Below are positions 52,372 through 61,104 of a stretch of DNA of 64,000 nt, piece by piece. Position 1 is the stretch's first letter, and every line of letters starts with the position of its first letter. The notes beneath the pieces are model-generated. The model saw nothing but the letters and a program-made list of their open reading frames with translations. It ran no database searches and was not told the origin of the DNA. The translations under genes and the position numbers were made by a program. The stretch spans positions 192,001-256,000 of the forward strand of contig JAHPZE010000002.1 in NCBI GenBank assembly GCA_019058365.1, given 5' to 3'. The stretch is from Promethearchaeota archaeon. GTDB taxonomy: Archaea > Asgardarchaeota > Lokiarchaeia > Sigyniarchaeales > SOKP01.

Positions 52372-53046
52372 ATGCCATTAATCATAATATTGGCTGAATG
52401 TGGATTAGAATTAATACCCAAACAAATAAGGAATCATCCTGCTGTGAAGAAAAATATATCTTCAAGAATTTATTCTTCACAATTATTAGATAACGCTTTA
52501 CATTTTTCCGCTATGAAAAAATTGAAAAATTATGAAAAGAGAGGACGACCAGACATAACCCATGTTTGTTTACTTAACGCTTTAGGATCACCTCTAAACA
52601 AAAATGGAAATTTAATACTATATATTCATACAATTAAAAATAAAATTTTTAAAATAAATCCTGAATTAAGAATCGCACGAAATTATAACCGGTTTAAAGG
52701 ATTGATTGCGAAATTATTAATAGATGGAAGTATCGAGATAAAAGGTTCATACTTAATAGAACCAATTAGAGGTACCTTAAAGGAACTTATCTCTAAATTT
52801 GAAAATTCCGAAGTTTACCTATCTTCAAGTAAGGGTAAGTCAATTGATAACTATAGAGATTTGTTTCAAGACGCTTTAGCTAAAAATTATATTGTTATCA
52901 TAGGGGGATTTCAAAAAAGTAGTTTCTCTGAAGAAATTACTAACTTATCTGGAAACCAAATCTCAATTTCAAGATACCCATTAGATGCGTGGATTGTTGT
53001 CAATAAAATTATAACTTATTATGAACTAACTCACAGAATTCATTAA
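52372..53046 (+). CDS. nep1: rRNA pseudouridine methyltransferase Nep1/EMG1
   Basis: KRGRPDITH, GSPLNK, RNYNRFKGL. Confidence 0.92.
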   Translation: MPLIIILAECGLELIPKQIRNHPAVKKNISSRIYSSQLLDNALHFSAMKKLKNYEKRGRPDITHVCLLNALGSPLNKNGNLILYIHTIKNKIFKINPELRIARNYNRFKGLIAKLLIDGSIEIKGSYLIEPIRGTLKELISKFENSEVYLSSSKGKSIDNYRDLFQDALAKNYIVIIGGFQKSSFSEEITNLSGNQISISRYPLDAWIVVNKIITYYELTHRIH

Positions 53047-53095
53047 AATCACTAAAGTTAAAAGAAATGGTGAATTTAATATATTACCCAAATTA

Positions 53096-53167
53096 GCGCC
53101 GCTAGTCTAGGGGTTATGATTCCGGCCTTCCAAGCCGGTGACCCGGGTTCAATTCCCGGGCGGCGCA
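53096..53167 (+). tRNA. tRNA-Gly(TCC), intronless
   Basis: Acceptor GCGCCGC/GCGGCGC, anticodon arm CCGGC-CTTCCAA-GCCGG, GGTTCAATTCC. Confidence 0.96.
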
Positions 53168-53220
53168 TAAAAACATTCCTTTTTTAAACCCATATAATAA
53201 CAAATCTTATACAATAAAAT

Positions 53221-53244
53221 TTCGTGAAAGGATAATTTCACGAA
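53221..53244. repeat. Perfect 9-6-9 inverted repeat
   Basis: TTCGTGAAA-GGATAA-TTTCACGAA. Confidence 0.75.
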
Positions 53245-53460
53245 GATTTGAATGTTATGAAAAAACCAATTTTTTCTAATATTTCATAAAGCAAAGAGTT
53301 ATATTTACATATTTGTATTTTATTGTTGAAAAAACGCCTGCTAAATACTTTCCATTTCCATATTAGATCACTTCTTTATATGTATTAAAAAGGCGCTTTT
53401 TCACTTCTTTTAAGTCTAATATATTTTTCTTTCATCAATCTTAAATTTCTTATTTTATTA

Positions 53461-54627
53461 TTGAGTAATACTATACTATTAATCATTATAATGGTTAAAT
53501 ATACTTATAAAGAATTTAAGTCAGTTTTAAATAAATTAAAATATCCAGATTCATGGTTTTGGTCTCGATACACATTAAACACATATTCTGGATGTGCTCA
53601 TGCTTGTATCTATTGTGATGCTCGAAGCGAGAGATATTATATCGAGGATTTTGAAAATGAAGTGATTATTAAAACTAATTTCGATAAGAAACTAGATCAG
53701 AGACTTAAAAAAGCTCGAACATTATTGCCTGATATAATTGCTCCTGGTGGTGTAAATGATGCCTATCAACCTATTGAAAAGAAAATTGAGCATACGAGGA
53801 AAGTATTAGAAGTTATTGCAAAATATAAATTTCCAATTAATATCGCTACTAAATCGAATCTAGTTACTCGAGATGTTGATATTCTTAGAAAAATCGCAAA
53901 TGAGACATGGTGTGCTATAGGATTCTCTATATCGACTACAAATGAAGAACTAGCGAAATTCTTAGAACCTTATTCTTCTTTGCCTTCGGAACGACTTGAA
54001 GCTTTAAAAAGGATAAAGAAGGAAGCTCCTAATATTCAAGTTGGGACATATTTCATTCCTATAATTCCATTTTTAGAGGATACTGATGAAAACTTAGAAG
54101 ATGTAATAAAAAAATCTAAAGAGGCTGGTGCTGATTTTGTATTATTTTCACCTGGCTTGACCATGAGGGATTCTCAAGTGGAATATTTCTTAAAAAAATT
54201 AAAAGAAAGTAATTATAACTATGTTGTTAAACCACTACTTGAATTATATCAAGGTCAGATGCATCCACCCTCAGAATATTGTAAAAAAATTAATAATAAA
54301 TTATGGAATTTATGTCAAAAATATAATGTTAATGTCCGAGTAAAACGTTGGATTCCTTCAGATTTCCGTAATTGGAATTATAAAATATCAGAATTACTCT
54401 TAAATAAAGAGTATATAGATGCATTAAAAACAGGTAAATCGAATAAAACTCTAATGTGGGCAGGATTGAACCTTAATAACCTAGAAGAATCGATTTTAGA
54501 CTTTTATAAGAGAGATGAATTGCACACTATAAAAAACTTTAATCCCAAAATAATTGAACTTATCGAACCTTACTTGGAAAAAAGTAAAGAATTAAAACAA
54601 AAAAAGGGGTTAGAAAAATTTCTATAA
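53461..54627 (+). CDS. Radical SAM protein, SplB/Rv2578c-like
   Basis: YSGCAHACIYCDAR, DAYQPIE, IATKS, LEP...ERL. Confidence 0.85.
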   Translation: MSNTILLIIIMVKYTYKEFKSVLNKLKYPDSWFWSRYTLNTYSGCAHACIYCDARSERYYIEDFENEVIIKTNFDKKLDQRLKKARTLLPDIIAPGGVNDAYQPIEKKIEHTRKVLEVIAKYKFPINIATKSNLVTRDVDILRKIANETWCAIGFSISTTNEELAKFLEPYSSLPSERLEALKRIKKEAPNIQVGTYFIPIIPFLEDTDENLEDVIKKSKEAGADFVLFSPGLTMRDSQVEYFLKKLKESNYNYVVKPLLELYQGQMHPPSEYCKKINNKLWNLCQKYNVNVRVKRWIPSDFRNWNYKISELLLNKEYIDALKTGKSNKTLMWAGLNLNNLEESILDFYKRDELHTIKNFNPKIIELIEPYLEKSKELKQKKGLEKFL

Positions 54628-54659
54628 TCACAGAAATAATCACAGAAATCAATGAAGTA

Positions 54660-55364
54660 TTGAAAAATACAGCTCCTAAATTTACTCCCGAACAGATTGT
54701 TCGAAGAAACAAAATACTAAATTCTAATAATCCAAACTTTTTTGGATATGGTCATAAGATTTCTGATATAGAAAAAATTACTAAAATCGTCCATATGAAA
54801 TATCAATGTAGTTATGAAGATGCTCTCACCGTTTGTAAAAATTTAGTTAGTTCCAGTGTTCATGAGGAGAAATTTGCTGGTATATTTTTTCTCAATTACT
54901 TTAAAAGCAATTTCAATCAAGCGACTATAGATATGTTTGAAGAACTATTCTCCAAACACTGTGATACGTGGGCTTTTTGTGATAGTAGTTGTATTAGAGT
55001 TATTGGACCATTTCTCGGAAAAAAGAATAACCAACAATTAGCTGAAAAAACAATTGATAATTGGTCAACATCTGAAAATCTTTGGGTTAGAAGAGCTTCA
55101 ATAGTAATTCTACTTAAAATTATAATGATTAAAAAAAGATTCGATGAGGATTATGTATTTGAATTTGTAGAAAAAATGCTTAATTACACCGAGGATTATA
55201 TTCAGAAAGGTATTGGTTGGCTCCTAAAAACGTGCTCAAGATATAAACCTGATTCAATTTTTAAATACTTAATGAGTAATAAAAAAAGACACTCCCGCTT
55301 AATTCTTAGATATGCTAGCGAAAAATTAACTAAAGAAAGAAGGGAGTTAATTTTGGAAAAGTAA
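54660..55364 (+). CDS. DNA alkylation repair protein (AlkD-like)
   Basis: DTWAFCD, SENLWVRRAS, YIQKGIGWLLK, LRYASEK. Confidence 0.88.
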   Translation: MKNTAPKFTPEQIVRRNKILNSNNPNFFGYGHKISDIEKITKIVHMKYQCSYEDALTVCKNLVSSSVHEEKFAGIFFLNYFKSNFNQATIDMFEELFSKHCDTWAFCDSSCIRVIGPFLGKKNNQQLAEKTIDNWSTSENLWVRRASIVILLKIIMIKKRFDEDYVFEFVEKMLNYTEDYIQKGIGWLLKTCSRYKPDSIFKYLMSNKKRHSRLILRYASEKLTKERRELILEK

Positions 55365-55477
55365 AGGAATCATATGAAAAAACTTTATATGATATTTTTT
55401 CCTTTTTAAATTACGAATTTTGATATTTTAAAAACTTAAATGTTTTATAAAATAAAAATTCTCAATATAACCAAAGA

Positions 55478-55668
55478 GCCAAGGTGGCGTAGTAGAACTC
55501 CTAATTAGGGAGTCTGCGAACCCCGGGAACGCACTAGAATCATCAGAATTACTGATAATGGTGAAACTGAAGATCTAGGTATCGAGCAGAATGAGCTCCT
55601 CGTTCATTCTCGAGAAAGTTCAAAGGGATTCGCCTTGAACGGATTCCGGAATAATCTCTCCCTTGGCA
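55478..55668 (+). tRNA. tRNA-Phe(GAA) with four non-canonical introns (15/16, 30/31, 51/52, 58/59)
   Basis: Removing 55493-55521, 55538-55565, 55587-55616 and 55624-55653 gives a 74-nt cloverleaf with all four stems paired; TATA about 25 nt upstream. Confidence 0.9.
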
Positions 55669-55992
55669 ATTATCCTAATTCTCATCAATAATATAAATCA
55701 TTCAAATTTCTTATAGAAATAGTTCAATTTTCCCCTTAATTCATAATTCTTAAAATTTAAAAATGTTTGATATAGTTCTAAGGTTGTAGGGATTCTTTTC
55801 TATTTTTCATTGAATTTTTCAATAAAATCATGCACTTTTTGATGTTTTATATTACTAACAGATATGATGCTGTTGGTTGGAGGAGTGCGCAGATGAACTC
55901 TTTTGAGAGTTAGATACTTAAAGATATTGAAAGAGAGGGTTAAGAACTAAATATTTTAAAAAAATAAAACAAAAAAGGCAAAAAAATAGACT

Positions 55993-57108
55993 TTAAGATT
56001 TCTTCAATTTTTTACTTAAAATGATTACTACAACGGATAGAATGCCAAACAGAACGAATAGATTATATCCAGGAATTATTCCATCGTCTTGATTATAAAT
56101 ACAATCTCCATTATCACTAAATGTGTTTCCTTCACAATCAATCTCTATGAAGCATCCATCATTTTCTTGCAAGATGTTTCCCGAAATTATATTATCATCA
56201 CTATTTTTTAAATATATCCCGAATTGAGAATTGTTGAATACGTTGTTTTCCTTAATGTCGTTCCAATTGCTGCCTTCTAAATATATTCCGTTAGTGCCAT
56301 CATAGCTTATACTATTTTCTGTAATTTTATTTCTATGACTATCTACTAAATTTATTCCATTAACGGTATTAAAGCTTATAGCATTTCCCGAAAGGAAGTT
56401 ATTAAAACCATATACATATATCCCACTAACCCCGTTATTACTTGCGTTGTTTCCTGAAATGAAGTTGCTATTACCTCCACAACTTATCCCATCAAGCATG
56501 TTGTTATTTGCTGTATTTCCTGAAATTATGTTATTATTACTTACTATAATTCCTATCCCAAACCGGTAATTCATGTCTGCTGTATTTCTCGCAATGATAT
56601 TATGATAACATCCCGATAAATATATTCCATAATAAGTCAACGAACAATTATTCATGATTATCAGAGAATTGTTTACATTTGATAATTTAATTCCAGCTTT
56701 ATATTCTCCTGGCGGAAATTGGGATATCGCATTGTAGAGGGTACAATTTTCAATCGTAAAATAAACATTTGAATTTTCAATCCAGATACAATTTTCTCCA
56801 TTTTTTGAACCTCCACCATCTATTATCAAATCTTCTATCACGTAAGGGTCGGAATGTGTGCCCGACCCCGAACAATTTCCATCATTTTTAAAATCAACCC
56901 AACCAGAATTACCATCTATATAAATTGGTTTTGATACTTGTGAGGTTTTCAAATTTTCTTTATTAAAAGAAATATCATCACTATATTCCGAATATGGAAA
57001 GCTATTTCCCGCATCAAGAATGAGATTAGTGTTATTTATAGTTGAAAGGATGAAAACAATTCCTATGGTGATTAAAATAATAATTTTTGATTTTGCATTT
57101 GATTTCAT
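55993..57108 (-). CDS. NosD/CASH beta-helix surface protein with Loki-CTERM-like anchor
   Basis: Paralog of 33242-34450; NNIISGN repeats; IPGYNLF-TM-KKLKK tail. Confidence 0.82.
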   Translation of the reverse strand: MKSNAKSKIIILITIGIVFILSTINNTNLILDAGNSFPYSEYSDDISFNKENLKTSQVSKPIYIDGNSGWVDFKNDGNCSGSGTHSDPYVIEDLIIDGGGSKNGENCIWIENSNVYFTIENCTLYNAISQFPPGEYKAGIKLSNVNNSLIIMNNCSLTYYGIYLSGCYHNIIARNTADMNYRFGIGIIVSNNNIISGNTANNNMLDGISCGGNSNFISGNNASNNGVSGIYVYGFNNFLSGNAISFNTVNGINLVDSHRNKITENSISYDGTNGIYLEGSNWNDIKENNVFNNSQFGIYLKNSDDNIISGNILQENDGCFIEIDCEGNTFSDNGDCIYNQDDGIIPGYNLFVLFGILSVVVIILSKKLKKS

Positions 57109-57499
57109 ACTATTTTCCCATACAAGTTAAATATAATTTGTAGCAATTAATAATTAGGTTAATTTTCTTTATATACATTTCAATCTACAACAGAAAGAAT
57201 ACCAAGCAGAAGGAAGAGATTAGATCCCCGCTTTCTTTCTATAATTCAGTTCACTTATTTCGGAATCATCTTCTTTCTTACTTTTCTTCCACATGTCCTA
57301 CAAATCTGGGTTGCTTTAAATACCCCATAAATCCAACCCTCAAATCAAAGTATAAGAAAAACCCCTAGTGTATTCTTACCATTTTTTAACTTGCATATGT
57401 TTTTCTCAAGTTTATTTTATATACAACAAAAAACACATTTGCTCATACTCTCTAATAAATATTTAATAAAGACTCTTAATTTAAATGCTTAGATTCAAA

Positions 57500-58687
57500 A
57501 TGAAATATGATTTTGATAGAGTTATCGAACGTTCTGGTACTAATTCTGTTAAATGGGACAAACAATTTCTTAAAGAACACTTTAAAACTGATGACATTTT
57601 GCCTCTGTAGGTTGCTGATATGGATTTTCAATGTCCTCAACCCGTCATTGATGCGTTAAAAAAGAGGGTTGATGCAGAAATTTATGGATATTGCTGGCAT
57701 AAAACTCCTACCTATTTAGATGCTGTTTCGAATTGGATGAAACGAAGACATGGATGGGAAATTGATAATGAATGGATAGTTTTCAGTCCTGGAATTGTTC
57801 CCGCTATTTATATGTTAGTTCAAACGCTTACTAATGTAGGAGAGAAAGTAATTGTTCAACCACCAGTATATTATCCTTTTTTTTCAGCCGTAGAAAATAA
57901 TGGACGTATCCTATTGACAAATCAATTGCATTATGAGAATAAGAGGTATACATTTAATTTCGAAGATTTTGAAGAGAAAGCTAAGGATCCATTAACTAAG
58001 ATGTTTATTCTCTGTAGCCCTCATAACCCTGTGGGGCGCGTTTGGACTGAAAAAGAACTTAGAAAACTTGGAGATATTTGTTTAGAAAATGATGTAATAA
58101 TAATTTCAGACGAAATTCATCACGATTTAATTCTTTCAGGATATAAACATACTCTTTTTTCTACAATATCGGATGATTTTGAAAGAAGCACAATTATGTG
58201 TACCGCACCAAGTAAAACATTCAATATTGCTGGTTTAAAAACGTCTAATATAATTATTCCAGACGAAAAAATGAGAGAATCATTCATAAATGTAATATCT
58301 AATAGGAATAGTGTTATGAGTCCAAATGCTTTTGGTATAGTTGCTTTAATTGCAGCCTACAATGAAGGAGAAGAATGGTTAGATCAAGCCTTAAAGTATA
58401 TCGAAACTAATTTTAAATTCTTAAAAGAATTTGTTAATGAAAAACTCATCAATATTGATTTCGTTGATCCAGAAGGGACTTATCTTGCTTGGTTAGATTG
58501 CAATAGATTGAGTATGGATGATGAAGAACTTAGTAATTTTATGCTTAAAAAAGCAAAAGTTGCACTGGATGATGGTAAAATATTTGGTCCAGGTGGAGAA
58601 GGATTTGAGAGAATAAATGTAGGATGTCCACAATCGATATTAAAAGAGTGTATGAATCGTATAGTTAATGCATTAAATGAAAAATAA
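57500..58687 (+). pseudogene. MalY/PatB PLP-dependent C-S lyase/aminotransferase interrupted by in-frame TAG at codon 37
   Basis: MKYDFD...NSVKWD...LPL*VADMDF (TAG 57608-57610 where the family has Trp); SPHNPVG, SDEIH, APSKTFN intact. Confidence 0.8.
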
Positions 58688-58713
58688 TTTTTTCTTAACT
58701 AGTAGTATTGAAT

Positions 58714-59241
58714 TCAATGAAATAATGGGTTTTGATTTCTTCTTGAGTCGTTATTAATGAAAACCCTAAATTTTTCATTGTTTTCATCGATAAATTCCCA
58801 AAATTCATTATAAATATCTTCAAGAGACATTTTTTTTTTCTGAAAATTAGTTTTTCGATTTATTTGCTGATTATAGTTCTTCTTTAGAATTTCTTTTGGT
58901 GTATATTCAACATAATTGCCTTCTAAAATTAAATTTTCAAAAAGTCCAATATCCCCTTGTTTATTTATATTAAGATCAGAATTCTTTTCGTCATTTGACT
59001 TATTTTCAAATTCAAAATCTACTCTCTGATACCCTCGAACCTGAAAATTTTTATCCACAAATGCTTGAAATTGATGCTCGCACACTAATCCTCGTGCTAT
59101 GGACATTGTAGTTAGCTGTTTTGCTTCTGAAATTACAGTTTTAGGAATTTCTAATGATTTTTTTGACTTACATACTGGACATATAAATTCAACCTTCGAT
59201 CTATTGATATTTACATTCCTCTTAACTTCTGTGATTGCCAT
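58714..59241 (-). CDS. Zn-ribbon-containing hypothetical protein
   Basis: CPVC...CEHQFQAFVDKNFQVRGYQ. Confidence 0.7.
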   Translation of the reverse strand: MAITEVKRNVNINRSKVEFICPVCKSKKSLEIPKTVISEAKQLTTMSIARGLVCEHQFQAFVDKNFQVRGYQRVDFEFENKSNDEKNSDLNINKQGDIGLFENLILEGNYVEYTPKEILKKNYNQQINRKTNFQKKKMSLEDIYNEFWEFIDENNEKFRVFINNDSRRNQNPLFH

Positions 59242-59361
59242 TATAACACCTTCTTGAGATTATCTAAAATTAACAATAAAAACCCCATTTATTTCATAAT
59301 AATAAGGATGAGATTTAAGTTCGAGGACTATACCTATTAAGTAATTTATAAATTATCAAAA

Positions 59362-59904
59362 TTAGGTACTATCGGGATCAAATTTGATATTCATATTGGT
59401 CTCATCCAATTCAAAATTAATCTCTAAATTTGATACTAAATCACTTTTAATTTTGAAACAATGAGACCCTTTGGTGAATTTCTTTAAAATATCATCATCT
59501 AATTTTATTAAGAGACTGATACTATCGTTTAGATTAACCGTTCTACCGCTCAATTTACCTTCCATAATATCATTTAAATTAAAGGATTCTCCTTTATGAT
59601 AGATTGATAAACGACTTTTTAACGTATCTAAATTAACATTATCTTTAGAAAAGTTTAATTTCATATCGTCTAAGTAAAATTCTCTATATTTAGATACATC
59701 AAGAGTATTAGGATCAAACTTTTTAATATTAAAATCTCCAATTTCAATTTCTTCAGGAATTACAAATGGTATAAGTAGATTAATAAATTTTATTTGTATT
59801 GAATCTACTCTCCCGTCACCGTCAGTATCTAGTATAAAGACACTCCTTTTTGGCGGAAAGATCTTTTTTATCAACACTTTGAATGCAGATAAATCATACG
59901 ATAT
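59362..59904 (-). CDS. Hypothetical protein with DxDxDG motif (inferred ATA start; ORF track starts at 59877)
   Basis: DTDGDGRVD; GGGTGA SD 6 nt before in-frame ATA. Confidence 0.65.
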   Translation of the reverse strand: MSYDLSAFKVLIKKIFPPKRSVFILDTDGDGRVDSIQIKFINLLIPFVIPEEIEIGDFNIKKFDPNTLDVSKYREFYLDDMKLNFSKDNVNLDTLKSRLSIYHKGESFNLNDIMEGKLSGRTVNLNDSISLLIKLDDDILKKFTKGSHCFKIKSDLVSNLEINFELDETNMNIKFDPDST

Positions 59905-59952
59905 AAAATTTCACCCTAATTATTTTTTATGGATTATTTGTAAATCTAAATA

Positions 59953-60975
59953 TTAATATTTTTCAATTTCAGAAATCTTTACTGGACGATTCTCTTCATA
60001 TGATTTCTGAGCAGCTAAGGCTACCAAAACATTTTGCAATCCATCTTCCCCATTTGGTTTGGGTTCTATATTTTTACGTAAGCATTCAAAGAAACTTTTT
60101 AATTCAGTAGAATAAGATTCCATGTATCTTTCCATGAAAAAGTATGGAATTTTGTCAATATTAGTGCATTCAGCAGTATAAATACGGACAGTATTAGTAG
60201 CCTCATTATCCGCTATAACACATCCCTTAGAGCCAAAAACTTCAACACGTTGGTCATATCCATAAACTGCTTGACGAGTATTATCAATTATTCCTATAGC
60301 TCCATTTTTAAATTTTAAAACTGCAACAGCAGTATCTATATCTCCTGCCTTCCCGATTTCGGGATCAATAAGTACAGATCCAGTTGCATAGATTTCTTCC
60401 ACTTCACTCCCAGCTTGGAATCTTGCCATATCCCAATCATGAATAGTCATATCAAGAAAAATACCTCCCGATACTTTTATATAGTCTATTGGAGGGGGAG
60501 CAGGATCCCGAGAAGTAATTTTAATTATTTGAGGTTCACCTATTTGACCAGAAGCGACTGATTCATAACATCTTAAAAAGTTACGATCAAAACGACGATT
60601 AAACCCCACCATGAGTTTGATACCCGTCTCTTTAACAATTGAAAGTGTTTCTTTAATACGCTTTATATCTGTATCAATTGGTTTTTCACAAAAAACATTT
60701 TTGTTCACTTTAGCAGCTTCTTGGATAAATTTTGCATGAGTATCTGTGGGGGAGCATATTAAAACAGTTTCAATTTCAGGATCTTTAAAGATTTCATTTG
60801 GATCGTTAGTGAGTTTGGAAACTCCCATGTCTGTTGCCCATGTTCTCAAATTATCATTTATCTCGAGATCAACTACACTTTTTAATTTTACATTCGGTAT
60901 TTTATGTAATAAATTTTCAATATGAATTTTACCAATTCTACCTGCTCCTATTAAACCAACGGAAAAAGATTTCAT
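59953..60975 (-). CDS. iolG: myo-Inositol 2-dehydrogenase
   Basis: GAGRIG, CEKP, GFNRRFD, DMTIHD, YGYDQR.EVFGSKG. Confidence 0.92.
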   Translation of the reverse strand: MKSFSVGLIGAGRIGKIHIENLLHKIPNVKLKSVVDLEINDNLRTWATDMGVSKLTNDPNEIFKDPEIETVLICSPTDTHAKFIQEAAKVNKNVFCEKPIDTDIKRIKETLSIVKETGIKLMVGFNRRFDRNFLRCYESVASGQIGEPQIIKITSRDPAPPPIDYIKVSGGIFLDMTIHDWDMARFQAGSEVEEIYATGSVLIDPEIGKAGDIDTAVAVLKFKNGAIGIIDNTRQAVYGYDQRVEVFGSKGCVIADNEATNTVRIYTAECTNIDKIPYFFMERYMESYSTELKSFFECLRKNIEPKPNGEDGLQNVLVALAAQKSYEENRPVKISEIEKY

Positions 60976-61104
60976 TAAATTATATCACATCACAGTCTTA
61001 AAAGTTTATTATTTTTAAACTTTCTAAAGAAGAATTATAGATTTATATTTATGAAAGGCTAAATTGAATTAATTAATTAAAATTTTTTTAAAAGTGTTAG
61101 TATT

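Noticed and set aside
55829-55943. Protein-like fragment with internal TAG (…FES*ILKDIEREG) after tRNA-Phe
   Set aside because: No start codon and no identifiable family; not evidence for amber recoding
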